47,628 nt of DNA from Candidatus Woesearchaeota archaeon (GTDB lineage Archaea > Nanobdellota > Nanobdellia > SCGC-AAA011-G17 > JACPIM01), in contig JACPNF010000010.1 in the NCBI GenBank assembly GCA_016185635.1, positions 1 through 47,628 on the forward strand. The letters run 5' to 3'. Made by a program: the position numbers and the translations under genes. The notes under the pieces were generated by a model. The model saw nothing but the letters and a program-made list of their open reading frames with translations. It searched no databases and was not told the DNA's origin. Numbering within the stretch: the stretch's first letter is position 1; every line of letters begins with the position of its first letter. This document shows positions 1 through 9,795 of the stretch, one piece after another.

Positions 1-202
1 CAGAAGCCCAGGTAATAGTATTTCCGGCCGCGTCAGTAACAGTAATTATCGTATTATTAAAAGTAGCCTTGATGTAAACCGCCCCCTTTATCAGCTGCTT
101 GCCGGAAGTTTTACCGCCAGTCTTAACCAAAGCGGCCTCTACTTTCGCAGTTTCCTTCAATGCCTCCTCTCCAGTTTGTTTTATGACTTTTTTCTTTCCC
201 AT
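1..202 (-). CDS. rpsK: 30S ribosomal protein uS11, N-terminal part (gene runs off the window start); bacterial-type sequence
   Basis: Own translation from ATG at 202 (minus): [68 protein letters not shown]. The FNNTIxTxTD..GN..xWxS core is the uS11 signature in its bacterial form. ORF not in the supplied track because it is partial. Confidence 0.8.
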   Translation of the reverse strand, partial: MGKKKVIKQTGEEALKETAKVEAALVKTGGKTSGKQLIKGAVYIKATFNNTIITVTDAAGNTITWAS

Positions 203-245
203 AATTTTTTAGAAATCCATATAGGACTCACAAGACGTATATATC

Positions 246-518
246 TTATTTTAATTCTGACTTTCTCTTGCCGCTACCGGCCGTCTTACCAACGTTGCCA
301 CGGACAGTACGAGAATTTGTTTTGGTGCGCTGACCACGAACTGGCAAATGCCGCATGTGCCGGACCCCGCGATATGCCTGCAAATCTTTCAATAAAGCAA
401 TATTCTGCTTAATAACCTGGCGAAGCTCGCCTTCAACTTTATAATTTTTTTCAATATATTCCTTATTAGCAAGCCCTTTTTTTCTTCCTATTTCCAGTAA
501 AATTTCTTTTGATATCAT
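246..518 (-). CDS. rpsM: 30S ribosomal protein uS13, short form (90 aa; canonical N-terminal ~30-40 residues missing)
   Basis: YKVEGELRQ...[23 protein letters not shown] matches the C-terminal uS13 core. An in-frame stop lies 3 codons upstream of the ATG (TGA at 528-530, minus). S13-S11 adjacency is the bacterial order. Confidence 0.7.
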   Translation of the reverse strand: MISKEILLEIGRKKGLANKEYIEKNYKVEGELRQVIKQNIALLKDLQAYRGVRHMRHLPVRGQRTKTNSRTVRGNVGKTAGSGKRKSELK

Positions 519-1180
519 TTTACATTGTCAATAATCTTCCATTTTATATCTTTTCTGCCTTTACTTTTCAATAAAGGATCTAAATTAATATACTTATAAT
601 TTATTAGATTTTTTAATTTATTATAAACATCAAATCCATTTTTTTCCATAATATAACCCACTCTTTTTATTATACTGCTTTTTCTTATTTTTTTTAAATA
701 TTTTATCATTTTGTCAGCATTAATCTCTTCAAAAGCCTCTTCAAAAATAGAAACAGGTATAATAGAAAAAGAGTCTATTATGGCTTTTTCAGGTTCTGCT
801 ATCATAATCTTAAAATTTTCATATTCTTCGTTTTTAAAACCAAAAAAATAATTAGTGTGAAAAAAATTAATCTTTCCGATTTTTTGCGGCTTTTTTTGAG
901 TGATACAGAAGACTTCATTTGGAATCTGAGTAATTAACCTGAAATATGAAAGTGCTGAAGCACTTGAGATATAGCTTGGTTTAACTAAAAAGGTACTCAC
1001 CAAGAAGTCATCTTTGTAAAAAGTGTAAAAATTCTTCTTTATTTTTAAGATCTTCTTCTGACTGCACATTCTTTTCAGGAATTTCTTCGCATAGCCCCTG
1101 TTTTCTATAATCTGGTTTAAGTCAGACAATGAAAACACTGGCAGTTTCGAAAGCTTTTCTAAAACTTCTATTTCATGCAT
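515..1180 (-). CDS. AbiEi-like wHTH protein (type IV TA antitoxin family), orphan copy
   Basis: N-terminal pattern [12 protein letters not shown]...[21 protein letters not shown] (wHTH, G/K-x-Y motif). C-terminal [13 protein letters not shown]...[12 protein letters not shown] resembles the AbiEi C-domain. Its stop overlaps the uS13 start (ATGA at 515-518). Confidence 0.5.
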   Translation of the reverse strand: MHEIEVLEKLSKLPVFSLSDLNQIIENRGYAKKFLKRMCSQKKILKIKKNFYTFYKDDFLVSTFLVKPSYISSASALSYFRLITQIPNEVFCITQKKPQKIGKINFFHTNYFFGFKNEEYENFKIMIAEPEKAIIDSFSIIPVSIFEEAFEEINADKMIKYLKKIRKSSIIKRVGYIMEKNGFDVYNKLKNLINYKYINLDPLLKSKGRKDIKWKIIDNVK

Positions 1181-1316
1181 AATTATTTTAATAATTTGAT
1201 ATATTTAAACTTTTCTATATAGTAAGTATATAAAAATATATACTTTAAGCATATAAAAGTAAATATGACTAAGACTTACTTAATTTTATAAATGGTAGTT
1301 CTTGAAAGCTTTAGCT

Positions 1317-2075
1317 ATGGAAATAGTAAAAGTTTGCACTTCCCAGGGCAGCTTGGGAAAGAATTCGGGATGCGAGGAAGCTCCAGAAGCTATTTTAAGT
1401 GAATTAAAAAAAATTGAAGTTAATGAAAGCGGAAAAAAGATAGAATTCAAGGTTTCTTCTGCTGAAATTAATGAAAATAACCTTGATGAAACCAACTTAA
1501 ATATCGAAAATACTAAAGGAGATGTATTTTTAGGGGGGGACCACAGCATTACTTACCCTTTATTCAAAAGTTTTGCAAAAGAAAAAAAGAATGCTGGATT
1601 ATTAATATTTGATGCACACCCAGACTGTGCTTTGTATGTAAAAACTGCAAGTCATGAGGATTTTGTAAGAAAACTAGTTGATGATGGGTTTTTAAAAAAA
1701 GAGAACTTAGTTTATGCAGGTTTAAGAAGGTTCAGCAAAGTTGAAAATGATTTTTTAAGAGGAATTAAATGCTTTAATATGAAGGATTTATTTTTGAATA
1801 CTGAAAATGCCTGTGATAATATTATGGAGATTTGCAGGCATTTTGATGAGCTTTATTTAAGCATAGACATAGATGTTCTTGATCCTGGCTTTGCTCCTGG
1901 GACTGGATATCTGGAACCAGGAGGATTAAGTATAAGAGAGCTAATTTATTTCATAAAAAGGTTAAAATTCTTAAAAAACTTAAAAAGAATTGACTTAGTT
2001 GAAGTAAATCCTAAAAAAGATATAAATGAAATGACTGTTAAACTTGCTGCAAAGATTTTAAGTGAATTATTATGA
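1317..2075 (+). CDS. agmatinase/arginase-family ureohydrolase
   Basis: Motifs GGDHSITYP, FDAHPD and SIDIDVLDPGFAPGTG are the Mn-binding ureohydrolase signature. The track ORF starts at TTG 1302; the first ATG is at 1317. Confidence 0.8.
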   Translation: MEIVKVCTSQGSLGKNSGCEEAPEAILSELKKIEVNESGKKIEFKVSSAEINENNLDETNLNIENTKGDVFLGGDHSITYPLFKSFAKEKKNAGLLIFDAHPDCALYVKTASHEDFVRKLVDDGFLKKENLVYAGLRRFSKVENDFLRGIKCFNMKDLFLNTENACDNIMEICRHFDELYLSIDIDVLDPGFAPGTGYLEPGGLSIRELIYFIKRLKFLKNLKRIDLVEVNPKKDINEMTVKLAAKILSELL

Positions 2076-2608
2076 GGCTATTTATTGCTATTGAAATACC
2101 TGGAGAAATTAAGGATTATTTGTTTAGTATCAAGAATAATTTTAAGAATGATATAGCAAAAGTTAACTGGGTTGCAAAAAAAAATATTCATTTGACTTTG
2201 AAGTTTCTAAGTGATGTTGATGAAAAATTAATCAAAGAGATTATTAATAAATTAAATGAAGTTAAATTTAACAAATTTGACCTTGAATTAGACAAGCTGG
2301 GTTTTTTTCCAAATGAGGATTACATAAAAGTTATGTGGGCTGGGGTTAAAGATCCTGTCAAAGTCATGGAACTACAGCAGGATATTGAAGAAAACTTAAG
2401 CAATTATTTTAAAAAAGAAAATGAATTTAGTGCCCATATCACTATTGGTAGGGTTAAATTCATCAAGAAGAAAAAGGAGTTTTTAGAAATTTCTAAAAAA
2501 ATAAAAATTGAAAAGATGAGCTTTAAGGTAACAAATTTTAAACTGATTAAAAGCGAGCTAAGCAAGGACGGGCCAAAATATACCTTAATTGAGGAATTTA
2601 AATCTTAA
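2072..2608 (+). CDS. thpR: RNA 2',3'-cyclic phosphodiesterase (2H phosphoesterase, ThpR/LigT family)
   Basis: Two H-x-T-x motifs: IHLTLKFL and AHITIGRV. Size is about 180 aa. ATGA overlap with the upstream gene. Confidence 0.8.
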   Translation: MRLFIAIEIPGEIKDYLFSIKNNFKNDIAKVNWVAKKNIHLTLKFLSDVDEKLIKEIINKLNEVKFNKFDLELDKLGFFPNEDYIKVMWAGVKDPVKVMELQQDIEENLSNYFKKENEFSAHITIGRVKFIKKKKEFLEISKKIKIEKMSFKVTNFKLIKSELSKDGPKYTLIEEFKS

Positions 2609-2629
2609 GTTAAAAAGATTTAAGTATTT

Positions 2630-3010
2630 TTGGGTATTATTAGGATTATGATAGATGATAAAATCCAGAAATTTTTAGATGATGCATTTAAAGTTCTTCA
2701 AAAAGCAAGAAGCCCAATTGATCAAGGAGACTTATTGAAGGGGATAGTTGGATATCTGGAATCACGGGGTATTTCTAATAGTTATTCAAGGCGTTTAGGA
2801 GTATTTGTATGCAACATGGCTGAAAAGACTAAAAAAGCTAGCCTAATAAGGAGGGTAAATCCAAATAGTTTGGAGGTTATATCTGAGAATTTTATTCCCT
2901 TAAAACTTAATTATTTAACAAGAAAATGTTTAGATGAACTTAGGGATCCTGAAGATTCTGATCATTCTGGTCTTTATGGACAGCTTCGTAATTATATCTT
3001 AACAAGGTAA
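2630..3010 (+). CDS. hypothetical protein
   Basis: ORF only (TTG at 2630, first ATG at 2648). No recognised motif. The 3' end overlaps the convergent nuclease gene by 71 nt. Confidence 0.3.
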   Translation: MGIIRIMIDDKIQKFLDDAFKVLQKARSPIDQGDLLKGIVGYLESRGISNSYSRRLGVFVCNMAEKTKKASLIRRVNPNSLEVISENFIPLKLNYLTRKCLDELRDPEDSDHSGLYGQLRNYILTR

Positions 3011-3638
3011 ATATTTGCGCAGACTTTTTCTTTCCTATATTATCTACTTGCTTTAATTCTTTTTCATCTGAATTAATTATATTTTTTACTGACTGAAATT
3101 TTTTTAAAAGCTCTTTTGATGTTTCAATGCCTACGCCTGGAAGAGTGCTAATTATCAACTCCTGCTGTTCTTTTATTGTCAAGGGCTTGCGTTTTTTTAA
3201 AAGTGAAAAAACTTTCTTTGGTTTTTCCAGTCTTTTTGAAATTATACTAATTAAGGATGCAGTATCCCTAAAATTCATTGTATTTAAAATTGGTATTTTG
3301 TAATCTATTGCTATACTGGCAAGCATTCCCCTTATTGCATTTGGATGAAAATTTCTTATATTATAAAAATTATCAGTTCCTTCTATGATCAGAATAGGAT
3401 GCTCAAAATTTTCCCTTAACAAATTTAACTGTATTATTATTCTCTTGTCTATTATTGATGAAAGAAAATCTTCTTTTGTTTTTCTTTCTATGCCTACTAC
3501 TAATTCTTTTCCCTCGGTTGTTATGCCTTGAATAATAAAGTCAGCTGTACTTAATTGTTTTATTTCTATTTCATTATGCTTTGCAAGCTCTTTTATTATG
3601 TTCTTGCTTTCCCTGTGGTCAACAATTATTTTTGACAT
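2940..3638 (-). CDS. ERCC4/XPF-type structure-specific nuclease with C-terminal HhH2 (Hef nuclease module)
   Basis: VDHRE ... GIERKTKEDFLSSI (the ERK motif of the ERCC4 nuclease) and a C-terminal LPGVGIETSKELLKKF helix-hairpin-helix. Confidence 0.8.
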   Translation of the reverse strand: MSKIIVDHRESKNIIKELAKHNEIEIKQLSTADFIIQGITTEGKELVVGIERKTKEDFLSSIIDKRIIIQLNLLRENFEHPILIIEGTDNFYNIRNFHPNAIRGMLASIAIDYKIPILNTMNFRDTASLISIISKRLEKPKKVFSLLKKRKPLTIKEQQELIISTLPGVGIETSKELLKKFQSVKNIINSDEKELKQVDNIGKKKSAQIFTLLRYNYEAVHKDQNDQNLQDP

Positions 3639-3639
3639 T

Positions 3640-5124
3640 TCACTTTAAAGTCTTCTGAATTTCTTGTTTTGCTTGAATTCCCTTTATTATATTTTTCATT
3701 TTTGTCTCTTTTCTTTTTGATGTCCAGAAATAGGCTATATCCCTGGAATTTTTAGTCAGCAAAAAGATTATTTTTCCTGCATCTAAACGGCCTACACGAC
3801 CTTTTCTTTGGATGTTTCTTATCTCACTTGGAACTGAATCATAGAAAACTGCTAAATTAGCTCCCCCTTTCAAATCTAAGCCCTCTTCTGCAATGGATGT
3901 TGCAACTAAAACATTAAATTCATTATCTTCAAATAATTTTATTGTTTGAATCTGCTGTTTCTGAGTTATACCTTCTTTTTGCCCTAATAAGAAAATTGGT
4001 CTTACACCACTTTCTTTTTTTAGTTCGTTAACAACTTCCATGACACTGTTCCTGAAATTAGCGAAAATAAGTATTTTAGAATTTGGATTTAAGATTAATT
4101 CTTCTTTTATAATTTCTTTTAATTTTATTATTTTTGGGTGCCTAAAATCTTTATTTAAATTATCTATTTCATTAATTACTTTTTTTATCTTTTCATGATT
4201 TAATATTGTCTTTGATGCCTTTGTTGTTTCTGCTTTTAATTTTTCCAGATATTCTTTTAGCTGATTTATACCCTGAGTTTCCAAAAGCCCGAGAAGATGA
4301 TCAATCTTTATTATCTGGGCTACCAAAGAAATTCCATAAAAAGCCATATAATTATTTTTTCTTATTTCGGACTGAAGCCTTTTTTGCAACATTAGAAGAT
4401 CTTTTTTGTTTATCAAGTAAACCGGTTTTGTAAATCCAACTTTTTTCAGGTCTTTTAATTTTTCATCTTTAACTTCTTTGATTAATTTCTGCAGATTCAA
4501 CAGTTCTTCAGGAAGATCAACATTTACATATTTAATGTCTTTTTTCTGAAGATATTCTTTTACATCTTCATCATCATCTGTTCTTATTTCTACTTTTTCT
4601 ATATTAAGATTCTGACATATTTCATTTATCTGCTCCTTTGTGTTTCCTGGCGAGGCTGTCAATGCTAATATTTTTCCTTGGAAATCTTTTGCAAGAATAG
4701 TGCTTGCATACCTCATTTTTGACCTGTGGCATTCATCTACAATAAGAAGCTTTACTTCACTTAAGGTTATCCTGTTATTTTCTAAATCTGACCTTACTGT
4801 CTGAGGAGTTGCAGATATAACTGTTGATGATTCCCAAATTTCTGCTCTTTTTTTTGGACTTACTGATCCTGTCAGCAAAGATATTTTTTCTATGTTTGTT
4901 GATGACGCAAATTCCCTGCTTAGCTGGGATGACAATGGCTTTGTTGGAGATGTTATAAGCACTTTTGAGTTTGGAAACTTATTTAACTCATTAACTGCCA
5001 GCAAAACTGCAATTTTTGTTTTTCCCAAACCTGTTGGAAGTATGACTAAGGTGTTGCTGTTTTTACATGTTTCAGCTATGTTTTCCTGGTATTTTCTAGG
5101 TATAAACCCCTTGATTTCAAACAT
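3640..5124 (-). CDS. Hef/FANCM-like SF2 helicase (DEAH-type) module
   Basis: PRKYQENI...LPTGLGKT (Walker A), DECH (motif II), TASPG, ATSIAEEGLD, RKGRVGR. Lies directly upstream of the ERCC4 nuclease gene. Confidence 0.8.
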   Translation of the reverse strand: MFEIKGFIPRKYQENIAETCKNSNTLVILPTGLGKTKIAVLLAVNELNKFPNSKVLITSPTKPLSSQLSREFASSTNIEKISLLTGSVSPKKRAEIWESSTVISATPQTVRSDLENNRITLSEVKLLIVDECHRSKMRYASTILAKDFQGKILALTASPGNTKEQINEICQNLNIEKVEIRTDDDEDVKEYLQKKDIKYVNVDLPEELLNLQKLIKEVKDEKLKDLKKVGFTKPVYLINKKDLLMLQKRLQSEIRKNNYMAFYGISLVAQIIKIDHLLGLLETQGINQLKEYLEKLKAETTKASKTILNHEKIKKVINEIDNLNKDFRHPKIIKLKEIIKEELILNPNSKILIFANFRNSVMEVVNELKKESGVRPIFLLGQKEGITQKQQIQTIKLFEDNEFNVLVATSIAEEGLDLKGGANLAVFYDSVPSEIRNIQRKGRVGRLDAGKIIFLLTKNSRDIAYFWTSKRKETKMKNIIKGIQAKQEIQKTLK

Positions 5125-5177
5125 TAATCCTAAGGGAAGAGAGAAACTTTATAAATATATTATCTTTTTTTATTGAA

Positions 5178-7982
5178 ATGTATGATATAAACAATACTGA
5201 AAAGGAAATCTTGGAGTTCTGGGACAAAAACAAGATATTTCAAAAACTTAAGAACAAGAATAAAGGAAAGAAAAGATGGTCATTCTTAGACGGCCCTATA
5301 ACTGCAAATAATCCTATGGGAGTTCATCATGCATGGGGAAGAACTTATAAGGATTTATTCCAGAGATTTAAGGCAATGCAGGGCTATGATCTAAGATATC
5401 AAAACGGATTTGACTGCCAGGGATTATGGGTTGAGAGAGAAGAAGAGAAGGAATTAGGGCTAAAAAATAAGGAAGATATTGAAAAATATGGAATATTAAA
5501 TTTTGCAAAAGCCTGCAGAAAAAGAGTTGAGAAATTTTCCAAAATACAGGAACAGCAGTCAAGAAGACTGGGGCAATGGATGGATTGGGGCAACAGTTAT
5601 TATACAATGTCAGACACAAATAACCTTCATAACTGGTTTCTGCTAAAAACTTATTTTGACAAAGGATGGCTTTACAAAGGAAAAGATGCTGTGCCTTGGT
5701 GCTGGAGATGCGGAACAGCAAGTTCAAAGCATGATATAGTTACTGAGGGATACAAGGAAGTTTCCCACAAAGCTTTATTCATGAGATTTCCTGCAAAAGG
5801 AAAAAAGAATGAATACTTCATTATTTTTTCAACTACTCCATGGACGGTAACTGCTGATACAGCAATAGCTGTAAATGAGAATGTAACATATGTCAAGGTA
5901 AGGCAGGAAGATAATTTTTACTGGCTTGCTGAAAAAAGAATTAATGAACTGAAGGGAGAATATGTTGTAATAGAAAAAGTAAAAGGAAAAAAATTAAATG
6001 GTATTGAATATGAAATGCCTTATAAGAAATTAAGCGCACAGAAAAATATAAAGCATAAAGTTGTATTATGGGACATGGCTTCTGAAGAAGAAGGAACTGG
6101 AATTGTTCATATTGCTCCTGGCTGCGGAGCTGAAGATTATGACTTAGGAAAAAAATTCAAATTAGGAATTATTTCTCCATTAGATGACCTTGGTATTTTT
6201 TCTGAAGGATTTGGAAATTTCAGCAGAAAAAAATACTCTGAAGTAAACAAGGAAGTTCTGGAAGATTTGGAAAAGAAGGGATTTGTATACAAAATAGAAA
6301 ACTACAGGCACAGGTATCCTCACTGCTGGAGATGCGGAGAAGAATTAGTTTTCAGGCTTGTTGATGAGTGGTATATAAAATCCTCAGAAATAAGGGACAA
6401 AATGATCAAGGAAAACAAGAAAATAATATGGTATCCTGAATATGGAAAAGTAAGACAGGAAGAATGGTTCAAGAGCATGAGTGACTGGCTTATCTCAAGG
6501 AAAAGATACTGGGGTCTGCCTTTACCAATATGGGAATGCTTATGTGGAAAAGTGCATGTTTTTGGCAGCCTGAAAGAATTAAAAGAAAAAGCAGTTGACA
6601 AGAAAAAAGTAGACAATCTTCCTGAGATTCATAGGCCTTGGATTGATGAAATTGAAATAACCTGTGACAAATGCAAAAAAAATGTCAAAAGGATTCCTGA
6701 TGTTGGGGACGCTTGGCTTGATGCTGGGATTACTCCATTTTCAACAATAGGCCCTTATTTAGACAATAGAAAAGAATGGGAAAAATGGTTTCCTATTGAG
6801 TTAATATCTGAAAATTTGCCAGGCCAGTACAGGGGATGGTTCAATGCCTTGTTTTGGTCTTCTATTACATTGACTGGGAAAGCTCCATTCAAATCTCTTT
6901 TTGGCTATGAAACCTTGAAAGATGAAAAAGGAGAAGAAATGCACAAGAGCAAGGGGAATGCAATATGGTTTAATGATGCTGTTGAAAAGGTTGGTGCTGA
7001 TCCAATGAGGTTACTTTATTCACTGCAAAATCCAAGCCTTGAATTAAAGTTTGGATTTAATGTTCTCAAAGAACTAAGCAGTAACTTGAATATTTTATAT
7101 AACATGAGCAAGTTGATTGATAAATCCAAAGATTCCAAAGATTATGAAATTGAGGACAAATGGATCTTGTCAAGAATTAATTCATTAATCTTATTTGTTA
7201 CAAAAGAATTAGAAGAACTTCACCCACATAATGCTGCGAAAGAAATCCAGAATTTCTGGCTTAATGATCTTAGCAGAGGATATATACAACTAGTAAGAAA
7301 TAGACTTTCTGATGGAGATGAAACTGCAAAAAATGTACTTGTTAGGGTTTATTTAGATTTAATTAAATTAGCGGCACCAATGGTTCCATTTATAACTGAA
7401 AAAATATACCAAGGTTTAAAGAAAATTTTGGGATTAAAAGAAGAAAGCTTATTTTTAAATTCATGGCCAAAAGAAGACAAAAAATTAATAGACAAAAAAT
7501 TAGAAGAAAGCTTTGAAATTCTTAAAGTTGTAATTCAGGAAATATTAGCTAAGAGAGAAGAGGCAAAATTAGGGATAAGATGGCCTTTGGCAAAAGCAGA
7601 AGTTGTTCTTGAAGAAGCTGAAAAATTAAGTAAATTAAGATCACTTCTTGAAAAACAAACAAACATTAAACAAATTGAAATAAAAAAAGGAAAGCTTTTT
7701 GTTAAGTTAGACACAAAAATGACCAAGGAACTTGAGGAAGAAGGCTATTACAGGGAGCTGGTAAGAAGAATCCAGGATTTAAGGAAGAAAAACAAGCTTA
7801 ACAAGGAAGACAAGATAAACCTTGATGTTTCTTTTGATGTTAATCTGGACAAGTTTGAAAAAGACCTTAAAGAAAAGACTGGAGTCAAGAATTTAAGCTT
7901 TGGAAAGAAAAAATATCCTGCTTGCTTAAAGGACAAAATAAAGGAAAAGAGTTTTGAGATAAGCCTTGAAGTAGCAAAATAA
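5178..7982 (+). CDS. ileS: isoleucine--tRNA ligase (class I aaRS, IleRS type-2-like)
   Basis: GPITANNPMGVHHAWGRTYKD (HIGH region variant), PHCWRCGEELVFRLVDEWYIK (typical IleRS), MHKSKGN (KMSKS variant). Confidence 0.8.
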   Translation: MYDINNTEKEILEFWDKNKIFQKLKNKNKGKKRWSFLDGPITANNPMGVHHAWGRTYKDLFQRFKAMQGYDLRYQNGFDCQGLWVEREEEKELGLKNKEDIEKYGILNFAKACRKRVEKFSKIQEQQSRRLGQWMDWGNSYYTMSDTNNLHNWFLLKTYFDKGWLYKGKDAVPWCWRCGTASSKHDIVTEGYKEVSHKALFMRFPAKGKKNEYFIIFSTTPWTVTADTAIAVNENVTYVKVRQEDNFYWLAEKRINELKGEYVVIEKVKGKKLNGIEYEMPYKKLSAQKNIKHKVVLWDMASEEEGTGIVHIAPGCGAEDYDLGKKFKLGIISPLDDLGIFSEGFGNFSRKKYSEVNKEVLEDLEKKGFVYKIENYRHRYPHCWRCGEELVFRLVDEWYIKSSEIRDKMIKENKKIIWYPEYGKVRQEEWFKSMSDWLISRKRYWGLPLPIWECLCGKVHVFGSLKELKEKAVDKKKVDNLPEIHRPWIDEIEITCDKCKKNVKRIPDVGDAWLDAGITPFSTIGPYLDNRKEWEKWFPIELISENLPGQYRGWFNALFWSSITLTGKAPFKSLFGYETLKDEKGEEMHKSKGNAIWFNDAVEKVGADPMRLLYSLQNPSLELKFGFNVLKELSSNLNILYNMSKLIDKSKDSKDYEIEDKWILSRINSLILFVTKELEELHPHNAAKEIQNFWLNDLSRGYIQLVRNRLSDGDETAKNVLVRVYLDLIKLAAPMVPFITEKIYQGLKKILGLKEESLFLNSWPKEDKKLIDKKLEESFEILKVVIQEILAKREEAKLGIRWPLAKAEVVLEEAEKLSKLRSLLEKQTNIKQIEIKKGKLFVKLDTKMTKELEEEGYYRELVRRIQDLRKKNKLNKEDKINLDVSFDVNLDKFEKDLKEKTGVKNLSFGKKKYPACLKDKIKEKSFEISLEVAK

Positions 7983-8038
7983 CCAAGAGAAAGTTTTAAA
8001 TAATATACTAAACATTTTATTAATAAAAAGTGGTAGCA

Positions 8039-8887
8039 ATGAAAAAAGTTTTTTTGTATATTTTAGTATTAACTTTAATTATTAATTCTGCTTATGCATT
8101 TGTTAATATTGTTTCTGATTACCCTTTAGAAGATCCGCAGAGTTCCTTAGTTCTGCTTTCACAAAGAGAAGGATTATCAAATAAAGCACCTGTTACTACA
8201 CTAAATTATCCAGGTGATGGATTTAAACAAGTTGTTAATGGGAATTTAGTAGAATTCAGCTGGAGTTATTCTGACCCTGAAAATGATGAACAGAAAAATT
8301 ACCAGCTTGAAATTGATAGCAATATAAAATTTTTAACACCCTTAACCTATTATGGTTTTATGGAAACAAAAAGAAAAGTATACATTACTGAGGGCAATAA
8401 AGATTATTATTGGAGAGCAAGAAGCAATGATGGCTTTGGTTGGGGAGATTTTTCACAAACAAGCGCGTTTTATGTTGATTTAACAAAAAAAATATGTTCT
8501 GATGGCACGCCTTATTATCAATGTTCAAATACAGACCTTAAATATTGTGACCAGGGAATTTTAATAAATGACTGTACTTTATGCGGCTGTCCAGCAAACA
8601 GTGAATGCACTCCCAGCGGGCTGTGCAGAGAAAATACATGCTCTGATGATACTGCCTTTGGGTCATGCAGTGCAAGAAAACCAAATTTCTGCCAAAATGG
8701 CAATTTAGTTGAAGTATGCAGTTTATGCGGCTGCCCTGCTGATCAAGTCTGCAATAATGATGGACTCTGTGCTGCAAAAGTTTCAGTAGATTTTGTGTCT
8801 GGTGGTAAATTAAACCCTTTAAAATATAGCCCTGCACAAAGATTCTTTAATTTTTTGAAAGCTCTGTTTTTTAAGCAAGCTTTATAA
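8039..8887 (+). CDS. secreted Cys-rich protein with two tandem ~48-aa cysteine modules
   Basis: N-terminal signal/TM segment (MKKVFLYILVLTLIINSAYA), then two modules each ending C-x-LCGCPA-x3-C-x3-GLC. The track ORF starts at GTG 8030. Confidence 0.5.
   Translation: MKKVFLYILVLTLIINSAYAFVNIVSDYPLEDPQSSLVLLSQREGLSNKAPVTTLNYPGDGFKQVVNGNLVEFSWSYSDPENDEQKNYQLEIDSNIKFLTPLTYYGFMETKRKVYITEGNKDYYWRARSNDGFGWGDFSQTSAFYVDLTKKICSDGTPYYQCSNTDLKYCDQGILINDCTLCGCPANSECTPSGLCRENTCSDDTAFGSCSARKPNFCQNGNLVEVCSLCGCPADQVCNNDGLCAAKVSVDFVSGGKLNPLKYSPAQRFFNFLKALFFKQAL
8495..8776 (+). repeat. in-frame tandem duplication (2 x 144 nt) encoding the Cys-rich modules
   Basis: CSDGTPYYQCSNTDLKYCDQGILINDCTLCGCPANSECTPSGLC versus CSDDTAFGSCSARKPNFCQNGNLVEVCSLCGCPADQVCNNDGLC. 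Confidence 0.8.
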
Positions 8888-8919
8888 ATTTTTGTGTTCT
8901 TATTTATAAAGGAGCTAAC

Positions 8920-9471
8920 ATGACTGACAAAAAGGAAATAAAAATCCAAAACATAGTAATTTCTGCATCTTTGGGACATGATATTCCTTTAATAAAATTA
9001 GCTGAAGCCTTGCCTAATACAGAATATAATCCTGAACAGTTTCCTGGTTTAGTTATGAGAATTAAGGAGCCGAAAACATCTGCTTTAATCTTCAGCTCTG
9101 GAAAAATTGTATGTACAGGTGCAAAATCCATGGCAAAAGTAAAGCTTGCTGTAAAGGCAATAATAAAAAATATTGAAAAAATTAAGATTAAAATTAAGAT
9201 TTTTCCACAAATAAAGGTCCAGAATATGGTTGCTTCAGGGAATATTCACATGGACTTAAATTTAAACTCACTTGCTCTTGATTTAGAAAATACTGAATAT
9301 GAACCTGAACAGTTTCCTGGTTTAGTTTACAAACTAGACGGGACAAGGGCAACTTTCTTGTTATTCAGCAATGGAAAAATAGTCTGCACAGGCACAAGAA
9401 GCGAGGGAAAACTAAGGGAAGCAGTAGACTTGCTAGTTAAAAACCTAAGCAAAATAGTGAAGAAAAAATAA
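8920..9471 (+). CDS. tbp: TATA-box binding protein
   Basis: Two internal repeats, each with EYNPEQFPGLV / EYEPEQFPGLV and SGKIVCTGA / NGKIVCTGT. 183 aa. Confidence 0.95.
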   Translation: MTDKKEIKIQNIVISASLGHDIPLIKLAEALPNTEYNPEQFPGLVMRIKEPKTSALIFSSGKIVCTGAKSMAKVKLAVKAIIKNIEKIKIKIKIFPQIKVQNMVASGNIHMDLNLNSLALDLENTEYEPEQFPGLVYKLDGTRATFLLFSNGKIVCTGTRSEGKLREAVDLLVKNLSKIVKKK

Positions 9472-9579
9472 TTGTTCTTTAGTATATTTTCGGAAATTCC
9501 GAAAAGATTTAGAGAAAATATATGACCTCCTCCACTAATAAAAAGTGGTTTCCAACAGAAGCAGCTAAATTAAGTACTG

Positions 9580-9617
9580 CTTCTGAATATAGTTCCTGCT
9601 TCATTGACACGAGCCTT
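9580..9617. repeat. left copy of a 38-nt direct repeat flanking the peptidase gene
   Basis: cttctgaatatagttcctgcttcattgacacGagcctt. 37/38 identical to 11074..11111, with a 31-nt exact core. Confidence 0.9.
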
Positions 9618-9795
9618 AATAGTTTTTGGTGAAACTTTCTCAATATTTCTGTTTTCTTTTCCGAGGTTTTCTCTTCGTTTTCCATGAAGGCTTTGGTTCC
9701 GCTTTGCTGAACTTATGTTAAATTAATAGACTTATAACCTTTTCTCAAAAGGCCTCCAAGAAAAGCTTTTATAGCATCTTATTTTCAAAATAAAT

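Noticed and set aside
176-412. 78-aa plus-strand ORF across the uS11-uS13 spacer
   Set aside because: It is antisense to the recognisable uS13 gene and has no motif. Best read as a shadow ORF.
5368-7936. Several 60-120-aa minus-strand ORFs inside the IleRS gene (5368..5727, 5672..5896, 6320..6616, 7535..7726, 7748..7936)
   Set aside because: All lie antisense to a clearly conserved 934-aa synthetase and translate to low-complexity S/L/F-rich strings typical of antisense frames in AT-rich DNA.
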